Shown here: piece after piece, positions 13,173-27,233 of the stretch
How the letters are laid out: each line of letters begins with the position of its first letter
How positions within the stretch are numbered: position 1 is the stretch's first letter
NCBI GenBank assembly: GCA_045837725.1
Contig: JBEWZL010000127.1
Location: forward strand, 248,001 to 312,000
Length of the DNA stretch: 64,000 nt
Source: Vermamoeba vermiformis
Lineage: Eukaryota
Reading direction: 5' to 3'
Notes under the pieces: model-generated
The model's input: only the letters and a program-made list of their open reading frames with translations
Database searches by the model: none
Told to the model about the DNA's origin: nothing
Translations under genes and position numbers: made by a program

Positions 13173-13784
13173 TTAGTTTTTTTTATTTCTAGTCTGTGCA
13201 TGGAAGCACTCGTAATGTTGAAATTCATTCGGGTATTTCGAGCATGAAGTAATAGGTGTTACGCTTTGATGGTCTTGTCCTTGGCAGTTGTTCTCCTCGT
13301 AAGCTGTAGCGAACACATCCGCTGCACCGCACGACCAGATCCATGATTTGGAAGGATAGTACACATCCGGCACGCATCTGTCAAGTGGAGTAGCGGTCGC
13401 TGTTATAATCGAGGTGCAATTGTCTGTCGTATAACTGACCAGCACATAGTCCTGCGTTTGCAACAGCGCTGCCCAATCCGGCGTGTCGGCGGAGCAATCG
13501 AAGTAATGACCACTGGGGTAGCATGTACGTAAATCATATTGAGTTTTTTCTTCGCACATAAAGCATTCAGCATCGCGACAGCTCCAGCTGTACGCGGTAT
13601 TGCTATCAACACATTGAAATTTGGAATAACGTCCGGTGTGTATTTTAGCGCAGTTGCCATTGTTTCCTACCACCCAAGCGCTGAAGGGATTCGTTGAATT
13701 AGTTTTGCAAGTTCCCATGAGCTCCCAGTCGCAATAAATTGCGCCTAGAAAAGCAAAAATCACCAAAAAATATTTTAAATACAT
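13173..13784 (-). CDS. Secreted cysteine-rich protein, paralog B (intronless)
   Basis: Signal peptide MYLKYFLVIFAFLGAIYC; conserved Cys pattern and long identical stretches with paralog A (PDWAALLQTQDYVLVSYT, AYEENNCQGQDHQSVTPITSCS). Confidence 0.8.
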   Translation of the reverse strand: MYLKYFLVIFAFLGAIYCDWELMGTCKTNSTNPFSAWVVGNNGNCAKIHTGRYSKFQCVDSNTAYSWSCRDAECFMCEEKTQYDLRTCYPSGHYFDCSADTPDWAALLQTQDYVLVSYTTDNCTSIITATATPLDRCVPDVYYPSKSWIWSCGAADVFATAYEENNCQGQDHQSVTPITSCSKYPNEFQHYECFHAQTRNKKN

Positions 13785-14145
13785 TGTGAGCACGAGAAGT
13801 TCTGTTGAGTTACGAGAAGTTCTGTTGAGTTGTGGTTACAAGCGTGAAATCCGACTCAATAATCAGAATGTCTCAAGTGCTGTCCTGAAATGATGACATT
13901 GGACTCGCTAATTAGCATGTCCCAAGTACGGTCCCGTGTATGATACAGGATACGGGACTCTACTGGTTATTGAGCAATCATCAAGATCATTGTTAATTTA
14001 TTGTCAGGCTGGAAAGCGATTTGAAACGGTAAAAAAACGTGTGAGTAACGCGGCGAAATCCCAGAATTTTTCAGTTTGCTTTTTTGGCCTTGAAAACCTT
14101 CTCCAACGAGCTCCTAAAGCGTCCATTAACTTTGCGTTTATTTCA

Positions 14146-15673
14146 TTATAGGAACGTTACAATAATAACGAGCATAAACATCGAGTTTTCATATTGAATT
14201 AACGGTGTCGCAGCCGAAACGTTTCCGAGATCCACTTCGGTCGTAGGAGATGATGCTAAAGGCACTGGCTCACTAACAGAGACTGGTTCGAAGGGCGGTG
14301 GTTCACTAATGCTAGGTGGTACGTCACCGATCGGCTGCTCGGTTGTTATTGGTTCACTAACGGTTGGCTCATTACTGGGCGCAACAGCGTATGGCGGTGA
14401 ATGTACTGGAGGTGATTGCGGTGCGTCAGTGGGCACTGTTACAGGAATACTAGCGCTGGGCACTTCAATTGGAGGGCTGGTCCTATAAATTGGAGTTCGA
14501 AAAAAAGTCGAAATTTCAGCAGGTGATGATTCACGTACGATGCTTCGCATAATCCAGTTACATTACTGCACATAGTGTTTGCAGGGCATGACAAGACGCA
14601 TTTAGCCACGAAATGCTTGACGGAAGCTGCTCCATTTAAAACACCGCCAAAAATATGAATAGATCCGCCAAGCTTATGAACGATTGGACCATTCATTCCA
14701 AACGGAAGAAAGTCGTGCTTCGTAACTGCCAAATTAGTGAAGTTAAATGATTGAACGCTGGTTGCGCCAAACAGCCATCCGTTCTGGGGAGGCGGGAATG
14801 AAGTCCCACCAATAACCCAAAGATCATTCTCGTGCACGAAACTGCCAAAGTTGAATACTGGCGATTGCAAGTACCCAAAGGGCGCTCCCATTGGCACAAC
14901 AATAATTTGTTGCGATCCGATCCCGAAGAAAGCTCCGTTATATTGAACAACCTGGCTGAGGGCTTGGGTTGTCAACGGCATAGCAACGCTTTCATATCTA
15001 TCTTCTTTAACGATGTAAGTGACTTTCATATTATTGGTAGACGACTTTGTGAACAGCACAACATTTCCTGTGGTCTGATCCGTGACACAAAGCGGAGAAG
15101 TCAGCGACGGATTCATTACTGGCTCCGAAGTCCAAGTGTCACTCTGAATATTGTATCTATATGTCGATTGTGGAGGTAGGCCGGGAGCATCAATTCCTCC
15201 TGAAAAGAATATTAGCTGATTACGGCAATATTAAAAAAGAATTGGATGATATGATATTATAATATTTCACCGGTCGATCAGTCAATCAATGAACTTATTA
15301 TGAAATACTATAGCTTAGAATTACCGAAAAACTTGAGAGTGTCTTCGCCGATCTGGGCGACACAAGCCCCTTTGATTCCAGCAGGTGCTGTATTTCGACT
15401 AGTAACCAAATTTGATGTCGCATCATATACATAAACAGCTCCTGTTAGGCTAGATGGTGAAGTAGATCCTCCAAAAATGTAGATGTGATCTCCGACAGCA
15501 ATAGATATCAGCGTGTGCAAGGCCAACTGGTAACGAAGAGTTTGTATCTTCTACAAAAGCAAATCCAGCCACTCTACTAATGAAAACTGCTTTCGGTTAG
15601 TCGGATGAAGTGCGGCAAAGCTTATCTTACCAAGGCAGCAAATTGCCAGACAATAAACTCTTAACTTCGTCAT
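14146..15673 (-). CDS. Secreted/GPI-like Kelch-repeat protein with Cys module and Pro/Ser/Thr stalk; apparent frameshift near 15510
   Basis: Signal peptide MTKLRVYCLAICCLAVF; Kelch motifs IYIFGG, LWVIGG, IHIFGG; three introns; hydrophobic C-terminal tail. Confidence 0.7.
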
Positions 15674-15871
15674 TCTTGAAGCTACTGTGGTCATTGATGC
15701 AACTGTATCTGCATAAAAGACCGCACTGTTCACATGATATCTTCGTTGTGTACAATGCGGCGAAAATCCCGCCACGTTTTTTCAAATCGCCGCCTTGTAG
15801 AATGCACCACAATTGATGCAACTAGCTCAAATGTAATTTATTTGGAGGTAGAAATTAGTTTGCTGTTCCAA

Positions 15872-18800
15872 ATGAGGAGCGGAGTAAAGATCGAACAAAT
15901 CCAGCCGTCTAAAGCAAAAAAGCGAAAGAGAGCTGAAATAGACGAGATCTATGACGAAAATGGGAAAAATTACCCTCGTTGCCTAGGCCTAAAAAGAAGG
16001 CGGCTCGCATCGAGGAAGTGGAGCCCAAAAATTCTTCAGGTTAATTTTTTTGTTTAAAATCTCATGAAATCCGTATTTCTAATAATTATTTTTGAAGGCC
16101 GAAATATTGTACCTCCAAATAATCTTGATGCAATTGTCCGTAAACGCACTTTGGAATTTGTTTCGATGGAATGCGATCCGTGGGTGTCTTTGTTGCAATG
16201 TCCGCTTGCATCTCCTACCTATAACAAGTAAGATACAAAACTTTTATTATTGTTTACTAATTCTGCTCAGACCATTACCGTACGAAAGAGCATTATTACC
16301 AGCAGGCATGCGCCATTTTGTTCTGTGGAGTCTTTATCCAATGACGCGTTCCGTTGACCAGTTCATCGCATCTCTCGATCCAACCGTTACATCTTTTTTC
16401 GATAGCCTGCAACGAGTAATGTAAATATCTAAACGTATTAAATTCTTATACATCTTTTTAGAGCTTAGACAAAGGAACGTATAGCTTTAAATCATTAAAA
16501 CAAGCGATGCAGCCAGCGAAGTTAAAAGTGCGCCAATTCGTTACGCAGATTTGCAGTTGATAGTGAACTTACTCGTTCTATTCTAGACTGTTGCAAATAA
16601 GCTTCCGCCAGACTTCGAAGCAATTATCTACAAGCTCTGGGACAATCTCTTCGTGCTTTCACAGAAACAGCAGAACGGTTCTGAATGGAGCGAATTGGAT
16701 CACGAAAAAAATCTTTATTCCGTCATTGATAGTCTTTTTTTGCGGAAGTTTCGTACCTCATCGTATGATTATAATAGCCATGGTATTAAATAATAACGAC
16801 CTCCTAGAAACCGAGATAACAATTTACGTGCTAATTTTCAGTTGTCGCAAGTTTTTGACGAAGACGAATGTATTTTGCTGCTCGGTGAAAATGAAGAAAA
16901 AGACAGCACTGCGATAGGTCATAAGGACTCGTACAAGTTATTTGAATTATCGAGATGGATATTACACGACTTTCGCTAAACGAGGATTCAATCAAATTTC
17001 AACGTATGGAATATTGAACGGCGGTCGGAAATTCACGTTATTTGAATTCACACGTGAAAGTGAAGAAAAAAAATACAACGTGTGTTGGACCCGCGATGAA
17101 AATGATGTTACTTTCACGTACTGCTTTGAAGATTTTGCGAAAATATTGAAGGTCTTGGTCGTGCTGTGGATTTCATTAACTGCCACCGAGACTCGCATTC
17201 AATATCTGATTGATAATCCTGCCGCACGCAGTCAAGGAGACACTACGAGTACGTTCATCGCACCAGAGAAGCTCGATCCAAAAGCAGTAAAGCTCTCGTC
17301 CAAGGTAGTGGGTTAGTTAATAAGTCTTGCCTAATCCGAGTGATTACTAATCACGCCATATAGAGACAAAAAGCAAGGCACAGAGGCGAAGATTCAAACT
17401 CGAAGAGGATGACGGAGAAAAAGAAATTCACAAGCGACAGTTTGAAGATAACGACGATTTCGAGGATGAAGATGAGGGAGAAGAAGAAGAAGAATATGAA
17501 GAAGAAGATACGAGTGAAAGTATGGATAATAGAGTGTGCGAACATCGCAAAGAACAAGACAACAGCTTCCAATTCAGTGAATTATTTCCTGCTAGCTCCA
17601 AGTTACTTGGCTACGTAGTGTCACGCGAACGACTTAAAAACATCAATTTTATGGGATTTCAACTAGCAAAGGTGACCGGTCGTCAAAGGAATTACTAAAC
17701 CATATCAATACTCACTTATGATTCAGTGGTGCTACGCCAATAATCGCTCTGTTCCTTACGAAGTTGAAATAATATCGAAATTTCCGTTGGAAACAATTCC
17801 GCAGCCAATCAAATGGGCCTCAGTCGATGACAACAAATATCACGTGATCGTATTCAACGGGCATTATCATTGTCCGACAACAGCACTGCGAAGATTTAGA
17901 CAACATGCTTTTGATTTCATAAGGGTACCGAAGCTCAATGTTACCATATTTGGCAAGTTGTTCTAATTTTAGCTCCGTAGACATTACAATTCATTCATGA
18001 AAAAGGTTATGTCCACGGCGATGTCAAACTCGACAATACATCGTGTGATATGGATAGAGACTCGTTTCACTTGTTTGACTTTGATCACTCGTGCAAAATA
18101 TGCGAAGGTAAGTCTGGAGCCATGTTGTTGCAGGTCTCAAGCCCTATCTAAGATTACTTTTTAAACTGAACCTTCGTAATTATACTGTCATTGAGGGGTA
18201 CACTAGCTATCCCATATGGAAGACCACGTGACCGTGGTTTATAGCAGCAAACGCCGAAATATGAGAACTAACAAACAAAAATTGAATTAGCACCACGATT
18301 AAAACTAATATTATGTTCTCTTATTACAGTGTCGGCTCATAGGTTTGGCACACGAGGACACCGTGCGCCGGAATATCTTCTCACGGGCAAGTACACTGTG
18401 GCCGCTGAAATGTTCAGTATCGGAGTTTGGCTCATTGAGTGGGTATGCACAACTGAATTGATTTAGACGAAAGGCAATACGACTAACTAAAAATATTATT
18501 AAAATCAGTTCTTTCAACAAAATGTGCCAACAATCCTCGCCAAATTTCGTCCCACATTCTCACTTGAAGACAACGAACCAAATGCAGTCAGAGTCTTATT
18601 AGAGATATTTGAAGAGTAAGCCGAATGATGAAAACAATTGTTATTTACTTAATATTCAGATATGCGGATTCGAAACCGTACGCCGAGTTGTGGTCTAGCC
18701 ATTGCAGGGCAGTAGATCGCGGTCAAGAATCTTCTTGGAAAACACTTCATGTTAATGAGACGCAATTTCAGCACTTGCGAGCAATGATTCGTGATTTGTT

Positions 18801-18960
18801 GAACGAAGATCCAGCAAAACGACCGAGTTGCCAAGATTTACTGACAAATCCGAAGTACAGCCCATTCTTGGACATGTCTGATAATAAGTCGTTGGTCATA
18901 CCAAAGTCGAACAGAATTAAGGTTACCAAGCACAAAATTTATTCTCCAGGATACGCTTAG
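15872..18960 (+). CDS. Protein kinase with N-terminal basic NLS-like segment and REase-like domain (Crinkler-like architecture); apparent frameshift at about 16972
   Basis: Kinase motifs IHEKGYVHGDVKLDN, LFDFD, GTRGHRAPEY, DPAKRPS; upstream LRANF...LLLGENE...HKDSYKL...TYGIL; acidic linker 17400-17520. Confidence 0.65.
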
Positions 18961-19049
18961 CGGCGTTCAAACTTAAAAAGAGACTATTCATGCAAATAAA
19001 TAGTAAAATCCCACACGATGTAACAAATACGTAGATTTATTACTTAATT

Positions 19050-22000
19050 TCAAATTTGTATGAATTTGTTGGAGTAATATTGATTAAAGTCCAATCTGAA
19101 ACTCAAATTCGCGAGATGATGATTCAGATCCGGAGCTGCTCCGAGAGCCTCCAACAACAGTTTCAAATACTGCTCAAAATTATCTTCGAACTTCTTCATC
19201 GTAGCCAAGTAGCTCTTGTCACCATGCATCTTGCTGATTTGTTCGCGTGCGGCTTGTTCCTTGGCTTTTTCACGTTCTTTCCACGTGTTGTAATTCGCCG
19301 TGGACTGTGCACTGACAGCGACAGGTTGACCGCCACGAGGAGTGATGCCGCCACTTCGTCGCGTGTTCGGCTTGAGCGTAGATGGCGCGGGCTGGGCAGG
19401 CTGTTGTTGCTGGTTGCTCGTGTTGGCCGCGATATTTTCTTGGATCGTGGTAGCATCCACTGCAATAGCCTTCAAGAGTCGCTGGTGGTAGTTCGCGAAG
19501 ATTGAACAAACAGACAACAACTTGCTAATGATTTTGATCATGTTGGGATCGGTCAGCAGACAGTTCTTCAAACACTCTTGAACGAATGTCTCGTGGTACT
19601 GCAACAAATCATCGACCGTGTCACTCTTTGAAATTTCAAAATGATTAGTCTGAAAGTCTATGGCTAAAACCTTTCTCGCGCTTCATTACCTTTTCCACGC
19701 TGTCCACAAACTTGAGCCAGTTAGGTTCAATCACCTCGTAGAACATGTAATGTTGCAGTGTTTGAACGAAGTGCAGCATGCGTTGACGGAGTTTGTGCGC
19801 TGGATTCAAAATTGACCTGACCAGCACACCGTTAATACATAGCTTAAATAACTCATACTTAAATAAGACATACCATTCGCTGGCCTTGATGTTAGTGCGG
19901 TACAATGTGTGCATGGCTAGGGACCAAGCCTGACCGAGCTGACGGTCCAACACGACCGCGCTGAACAAGTGGCGGAAGATCGATTGATAAATGTTCATCG
20001 TCTTCTCGTTCAAGATCAAATAACGCAGTGGCCACTCGCTGTTGTACAACAGACTCAAGGCCTCGAGACCGGTCAATGACAGTGGCTTGGCGGCCTTTGT
20101 GCCGTACTCCGCGGCTGTTCCCGCGTCCTCAGGTTGCTGAATCATAAAATTTTTGGTTAATTAATGCTCGGTTGTGAAATTAATATGGGGTGTATTAGGG
20201 ATAGCAAGGTAAATATACTTACGTTGATAGACAATATTTGCAGCAATTGTGAGATAAAATTGGTCGTGTTCAAAGTGCAAGTCAAATTGTCCGTAAAGTC
20301 CTCGTCGCTCTCGCCAACAAAATCTTTTTCAGCCACGCCGTTATTGTCGCCATTCTCAGCTTGAATCAGCTTGTTACTCAACGTGTCCAAATGAAAACTG
20401 GTCGCTGTCGATGAATTGCTCACTGTCTTCAATGCCACGTCGAACAAACTTTGCAAGTTTTTCAAGTCAATGTCCGTCGAATTCTTTTTCAATTCTTCTT
20501 CGGCAATGTCCAAGAACTGCACGTAAAAGTTGCCTTGTTCCATCAAAAAGTAGTTTTTGATCGTGCTACAAGAGAGTTCATTCAGTTAATATATTTCAAT
20601 AGGCATATTATAAATATGAAAGTACCTTAATTGTTCCAACATTCTGTAGTCTTTCAACAATACGTTCAATAACTTCTTGCTGGCAAATTTGTACGCTCTT
20701 TCAATCTTCTCCGCGTGACTGGAAAAAAAATAAAATTAGATCCAAAAATAAACTATTATTTCTAAATTTGGAAAGGACTTCCTTAATAAGCAACACAAGA
20801 CTACATTTTAAATTTATGCAATGATTGAACGTAAAATATCTAAATTAGATCCGAAATTAAGTGAATTCAATATCTTACATTCGCTCATCAGTGCTGAATA
20901 TGAAGCCCTGTTTCTCGTCCAACAACAACTGCTCGTCTTTATCATCACGTGGCTCGATGGCATCCACCGCGTCGTGCTGCTTGTTGTGGTTCTTTTGCGT
21001 GGTGTAGTTCTGACACTCTTTGATGAAATTAATGTACTTGCCAGTGATCAAAATCTTGTTGCGCATCTTTTCTAAAAATACGACCACTTGACCGTCTCGC
21101 GTCGTGTACGATTGTTCCCAGTACCTACAACAAAAACAACATTAATAACGATACTATATTTGGCCACTGTCAATAACTTTGATGTGGTTTTTTACGACTT
21201 TGGCAGTACCACAAGCAAAGCACTTTACAAAGTTATTTCCACAAAATATATTTGAAAGCTATCGAAATGTGACGTCAAATTTACGACGGATCCAGTTACG
21301 GATCAAAAATTAAAATGCTGGAAGTCGCAGTCACAGCCATTTGGTTACGTAATTATTATTATTGTCAGTAGGAGAAGATTAATATAAGCACAAATAAATG
21401 CAAGAAAAATCGGTACTTACGCGTCATTAAAGTGACTTTCATTGGTCTTGATTTGATTCTGTTTCACGCAAAATTCGCAGTAAGGATCGCGCACGACACC
21501 GTTGTAGACCCAAAGTGTCAACATGTCAAAGTACGGCTGCGAGGCCTTGGTCAACAAGTACGTGAACAACTCTTCGGTCTTCTTGTCACTGTGACAGCAG
21601 TATTAGCACGTGACACTTATTGAGCCGTATATTAGCTACTATATGTCCTACCTAACAGCCGTCACGGACTTGTTGTAGATTAAATTGATTAAATTTCCTC
21701 CACGTGCTTCTGTCGCGGTGGCATCACGTGTAATTTCCTTCAAAAGTTGAAGTACTCGCATTGAAGGCTGAACGTAGAACCAAAATTTCTGCGTTGCAAG
21801 AGCGTTAGTCGATTACCATAAATGGAAATATTCATAATAATTCGTCACGTGCCTGCAGGGTCAATTTGCTCTGATTGTGAAGAGTTTCGAGTTGAGCAGC
21901 CAAGACCAAGTAATCCTTCAGCAAACTGTTCAAACCATCGCACAACGCGTGATTGACCAATCCGTATTCAAATTGCATGCGCGTATCGATAAACTTCGAG

Positions 22001-22745
22001 ATCTCGATAAAATCAGCGCACACGGCCAAGATCCGTTGTGCTAACAATCTTAGAGATTCGTCTAATCAACCAATTAGTATGTAATAAGGTATATAGTGCT
22101 CTATTAGCCATACTTATCGAGGAATCTATGATGAAGTTGACTTCTGGAGCGGATGTACCGGCTGTTTTGGCCTGAGGCTTGATCCGAATATAAGCGCCTT
22201 CAATGCCCTTAATAGAATATTAAAATATTTCCATTTCGATAAATATATCGCGTACCATCATTAAATATAATAAATCATCAATTATAAGCTTCTCTTGGTT
22301 CGTAAGGGTAATCTGATCGGCGGGTTTGACTGGCTCCTATTCAAAATATAATTATTATTATTATGCCTGCAATGTATTTTCTTTATATGTATTTACTGAA
22401 GGAATAGCACTATTAACACGAGCAAAATCATCGCCGATAAAGGGACGAGAGTTGATCCAGTCTGGAACAGGAACTGTAATTGAAATTAATTAGTATTAAT
22501 TATCAATATTAGTATAGTGTAATTGACGTACCTTTATTTATATGATCCGTGCTTGCCTGCGCCTATAGAAATATTACTATTAAATATTTTCAGGTGTTAA
22601 TTGTCGTAGTCGAACATTCATTATAAGGCCGTAATAATTAAAGCTGCAATTAATTTTTGCCCAATTATTATAATAATTTGTCAGATTGCAGGCGAAATCT
22701 GAAACCGGTTTGATCAACTACTAAACTTGTTTATAGACTTACCAT
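19050..22745 (-). CDS. TUBGCP2: Gamma-tubulin complex component 2 (Spc97/GCP2)
   Basis: QEKLIIDDLLYLMMGIEG, FEYGLVNHAL, ASQPYFDML..WVY.GVVRDPYCEFCV, KILITGKYIN, MEQGNF, YMFYEVIEPNW, RLDFNQYY; first coding exon is ATG only. Confidence 0.92.
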
Positions 22746-22961
22746 TATTTACAAATTAATGCACGAATACTTTATGTACATATAATAATTTTTAAATGAA
22801 CAATTAAAATATTGATTTGAATTGAAAGGCGGGAACTTTGGCCGAAATTTTTTGGGCTGATTTTTGTAGATAGACCGGAGTTTGTGCTACTCGGAGTTGT
22901 GAGACAAGATACTCACATAATTAATGTAAATAACACACATGTACATATATTTTAGATCATA

Positions 22962-24444
22962 ATGTTTAAAGCAGCAGTTTGTCGTGCTTGCATCAGGCAG
23001 TAAGTGTAGAATTATTGGCCACTTGCAATCGTGTAATCGTATAAATATAGGCACAAAAATGTAAATATCAAGATAGATAGTATGTACAGGGCAAATTACA
23101 AGAAGAAAACATTCAATCTGAGTTCATCTCGTCTATTCACCAGACTATTTTCAGGTAATTATTTAACATTTTAATTTATTGATCACACGTGTACTAATAA
23201 TGAAACAATCATCTCCTTCATTTTTTCTGATTTTACAAATATCACAAGAGATCGCGAGACCCATCAACGGCTCAATCTTGATATCTATAGACCTCTACGT
23301 ACCATATAATATTAATATTTTACGTAGTTTCGCGTGCCCTACGTGCAACTTTGTATGATAAGCTTGGCATTCCTGAAAACTCCACCATAGAGGTTGTCAA
23401 ACAAGCCTACTTCGAGGTGCGATAAAATTGTCTCGTGCATAATACGTAAATTACCTATACTAATAATATCTGCCATTAGTTAGCCAAAAAGTACCACCCA
23501 GATCAGACAAAAAATCCGTTGGATCACGAGAAGTTCCTCGAGATTAAACAAGCCTACGAGGTACGTTACGACCCCAACAATAGGCTATAATCATAACTAA
23601 CGTCTTCTATATGACTTTAGCTCCTTCGCAATCCGGAAACTAAAGCTTCATATGATGCGTCAATGAAGTCTTATCGAGCTGGCACAGATGAGCTAGAAAA
23701 CATATTGCGAAAGATGCGTGAACAGCAACAACGTGGATATAAGGACTATAGTAATTCAACCAATCAAGCATACAAAGAGTGGGCTGAAAATCAAAAGAAG
23801 TATTATAATATGAAAAAAGATTTTCCGCAGGGTCGCGTAAGGATCTGGTGCTCGATAATGATGAGAATCTAACAACGTATTAATGTGATTATACAGGCCA
23901 CTAAGCAACAGAGTCAGTTCTTTTGGTCAATGACTGCGATTTTCTGCCTCACATTTTTAATAATTTTCATGATCAGCCGAGAGAAGGCTAAACAGAAGTA
24001 AGAGGGCTTAACAATTCCGTTTAGCGTGTTTTATACTAATGTTATTCCCATAGACCAAGAAGGCGTGGCGCTACGCCGTATCCGATCCACTCTGTTCGGA
24101 TTCCACATTACTTCCGCCGCGATCTGCTCAAAAAACAAATCGCTTATCAACAGTTTAGATATGTAGAAGATTATATTAGCAAATCTGGCGACCCGAATGA
24201 GCTTCCTAACACAGAAAGCGCTGCAAATACTTCTCCAGCACCAGCGGATCCAAACACATCTGGAGCTCCGCTGATCGAGGCAGCCAAACCCGAAGAAATG
24301 TATATAGCTACTATTTCTCATATAGGTAACGCGCCTAAACAATTTAAAAGGGTTACGAGAATAGACGAGAATGGCAACGAAATCACTGAACTCATCCAGA
24401 CCACAAAACAAGTCGCAGGGGCAACAGTTAGTGCACCGGCCTAA
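22962..24444 (+). CDS. DnaJ (J-domain) protein with putative mitochondrial presequence and a TM segment
   Basis: TLYDKLGIPENST..VVKQAYFELAKKYHPDQ (HPD motif), IKQAYELL; hydrophobic FFWSMTAIFCLTFLIIFMI; Arg-rich N-terminus. Confidence 0.8.
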
Positions 24445-24519
24445 TAAATGATGCGCCATTCAACAATTATACTATTACACTTAATTGATGTACAATAATA
24501 AGGTGAACTAAGGTGACTT

Positions 24520-26831
24520 TTATATAAAGAAGTTAATACCAACTTCAGCGAATTGTTGAATGATAGCGTCATTCGCGACGTCGTAGTGTATATGTAGCAA
24601 GCTAAAAAAAGAATTAGGCTCAATAATTATGGTGTTTTTGATGCTTACCTGGGGCTAGGAAGTAATTCTAATATAACATCATTAAACGATCCGCCCTCAG
24701 CGAAAGTAATAACTAATTCTTTGAGCAATGGCAATTCATTCAACAATGCCAGTTTGCCTGCAGTTCTGCAATTGGAATTAGTCTCGTAATTTGAATCATT
24801 TCGTGTTGTTACGTACGGAGCGTTGTCAATGAACAAATTGTTGTTGAATTTGAAATTGTGCAACTTCTTTAATCTCGTCAGGTGTGGAATTTTGCTATCG
24901 ATATCATTCGTGTCCATCAGCAATAGTGTTTTTAAGTTCGTCAGGTGATTAGTCAGTGCTTCAAAATTTTCTTCGGAGAAGGCGATACCACCAATATCCA
25001 AATAAGTAAGGTTTGTTAACGAAGTCAATAACTACACATCAATTCCGTGAGTTAATATATAAATGATATGAATTCAACGTACTTCTACTCTTTTATCGGT
25101 TGCATAACGAATATCCAAATATTGTAAGTTGGTCAATTTCGCAACCTGCTCCAGATTACCGTTAACCTCAAGGCACGTTAATTTGGTCAGAATCTCGTTT
25201 CCGAGATCGGATTCTTGCTCATTGTACAGCCTCAACTTCTGTAAAGAAGTGAGCGTAGTGACTTCTGGAAAAGCAAACGCTGCAAAAAAGCATTTAATAT
25301 AAGAAACTATGATTGGTTACATAAAGTACTTACAACACCGGAATTCTTCAATTTCCATTTTTTGCAATGCTGGTAACATTTCCTGGAAGTCGACAAGCTC
25401 GTTTTCATTCACATGTGGCAGTTGAACTTTTTTCAAGCTAGTTAATCTGCAAGTAAATCATTAATAAAGGACCGTAGTTCATTAATCTTACGTTTTAAGA
25501 GTATCTACTATGCTGTCAGTAGACTCAAATTTAATAGAGACCAAATTCGTCATTTTGGTCAAGTTCTCCCGTCGATCGGCCAAACTATTGAGACTTATTT
25601 TGGGGCAATCCATCAAACTGGTCAGATAAATTTTTGAATCGCAGTCCCATGCTTTGATATATTTCATTTTGGACCAATCATAGCCCTCAGTTCCGCTCAG
25701 ATCTGCTTCGACCATAAGATACGTCAAGTTGGTTAGGTTGCTAATTGAGAATACATTTCCTGAATTCCAGCATTTCAATTGCAATCTTTGAAGACCCGTC
25801 AAGTGGTCAAAAGCGAAACTGTGAACGTCTGGCATTCCGTGCAATTCGAGATTCTCCAAGCTCTGTGGAAGGAAGGAGTAAACGTGGTTGAATGCAGCGT
25901 TATTTAAGACGTCAGTTCTGAATCTTTTGAGGTGCGTCAAGGCTTTCCATATATCAGCAACGGCACCAGGAGTGATCTTCGTATTTAACAGATCCAGATC
26001 CAACAACTGCGTTAGATCCTTGATCTCCGATATTGCTTTAAATACTCTCGTATCGCCCAAATTTAGCACTCTGATATCACAGGCGGCTTTTTACCAACAA
26101 ACTTAAGGCTCTATAATCAGTTACGTTAGAATGCAGCGATGTTAAGAAAATGCCTCAATTGAGACACATTATGTGCTCCAAAACAACTTACTCGTCGCCA
26201 AATAGAGTACTAGAGGCTTCAAAGACTTGAAGTCGCGTCAACGATGACACGCAGGTCCAACACTTCTCGCTGATGTTAATGCATTCGTTGGCTTTCAAGA
26301 GTTGTAAGTTTGATAGCGTTGCGACTATTTTTAGTAGCCCTTCATCGGTCAATGCCGTACAGCTAATGTCTGTACAGCGGAAAAAATAATATTTTAATTA
26401 TCTTCCAATCAACTTTATAAGAGTTCGTTCTCATAATCGTCATAATTATATCAGAAATGGATTTCACGGTCAAGTTTAAACGGTTAGTTTCGCCGATCCT
26501 TCAAATCTGCGTTGCATTGGGGATTTTGTGTTTCATAGCATAGGCACTTACCTAAGCTTACTATAGTAGGTGGCAACAAATTAATCCAAGAATCGCTCGC
26601 GTAGAGGCTGGAGCTGAAATCGATCGAGGTGAAGTTGGCTTTCTGTGATAGGAAATATTTTACTTCTTGCTCGGAAATATGTCTGTTGTACGATAGATAT
26701 TTTTTGAATATTAATTCGATTAAACTGGAGGGCAGATCCAGAGGTCGAGAAAAGTTCTTCGAGATCTTGCCAACATTCTCCACAATAAAGTCAATATCAA
26801 TGCTGAGCAATGAAGGAATATTGTTCTCCAT
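24520..26831 (-). CDS. Leucine-rich repeat protein (RNI/F-box-LRR-like)
   Basis: Repeated LTNLTYL, LTQLLDLDL and LTGLQRLQL motifs; N-terminal IPSLLSI...LPSSLIELIFKKYL. Confidence 0.8.
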
Positions 26832-27233
26832 TGTGGCGCTGTAATAATCAAGAATTTAATTTTGGCAACTTTTGTAGCTTCCGACAAACCCGAAAATCGT
26901 TTTCAGTTGAGGAAGGGAACCAGAAAGCTCACAGATCGAAAGTTCGTTGCGGTCTTTCGATTTTCCCAAGTAGTGCCACAAATACTAACTACTATTAGCA
27001 ACTATTTGGGAACCCTGGTCCGTTCAACTGTGCTAGAAACAAAATAACAGATCAGGTTTCAGTTAATGAGCTCCTGCGCCTTCAATAATTCCTACAAGAT
27101 AATTTTCATGCAAATTCGAATATAGTTAATTGACTCGAGTGGTCTCACTGAATAAGCAAAGAATAAAACGCACAAAAATCTGTGTGCTGGTAGAACCAAC
27201 TTTTATTCTATTTTATTATTATACTCGCACACA

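Noticed and set aside
24031-24459. 142-aa minus-strand ORF
   Set aside because: Antisense shadow of the last exons of the DnaJ gene; the same applies to many antisense ORFs over trpAB, vinculin and Clu.
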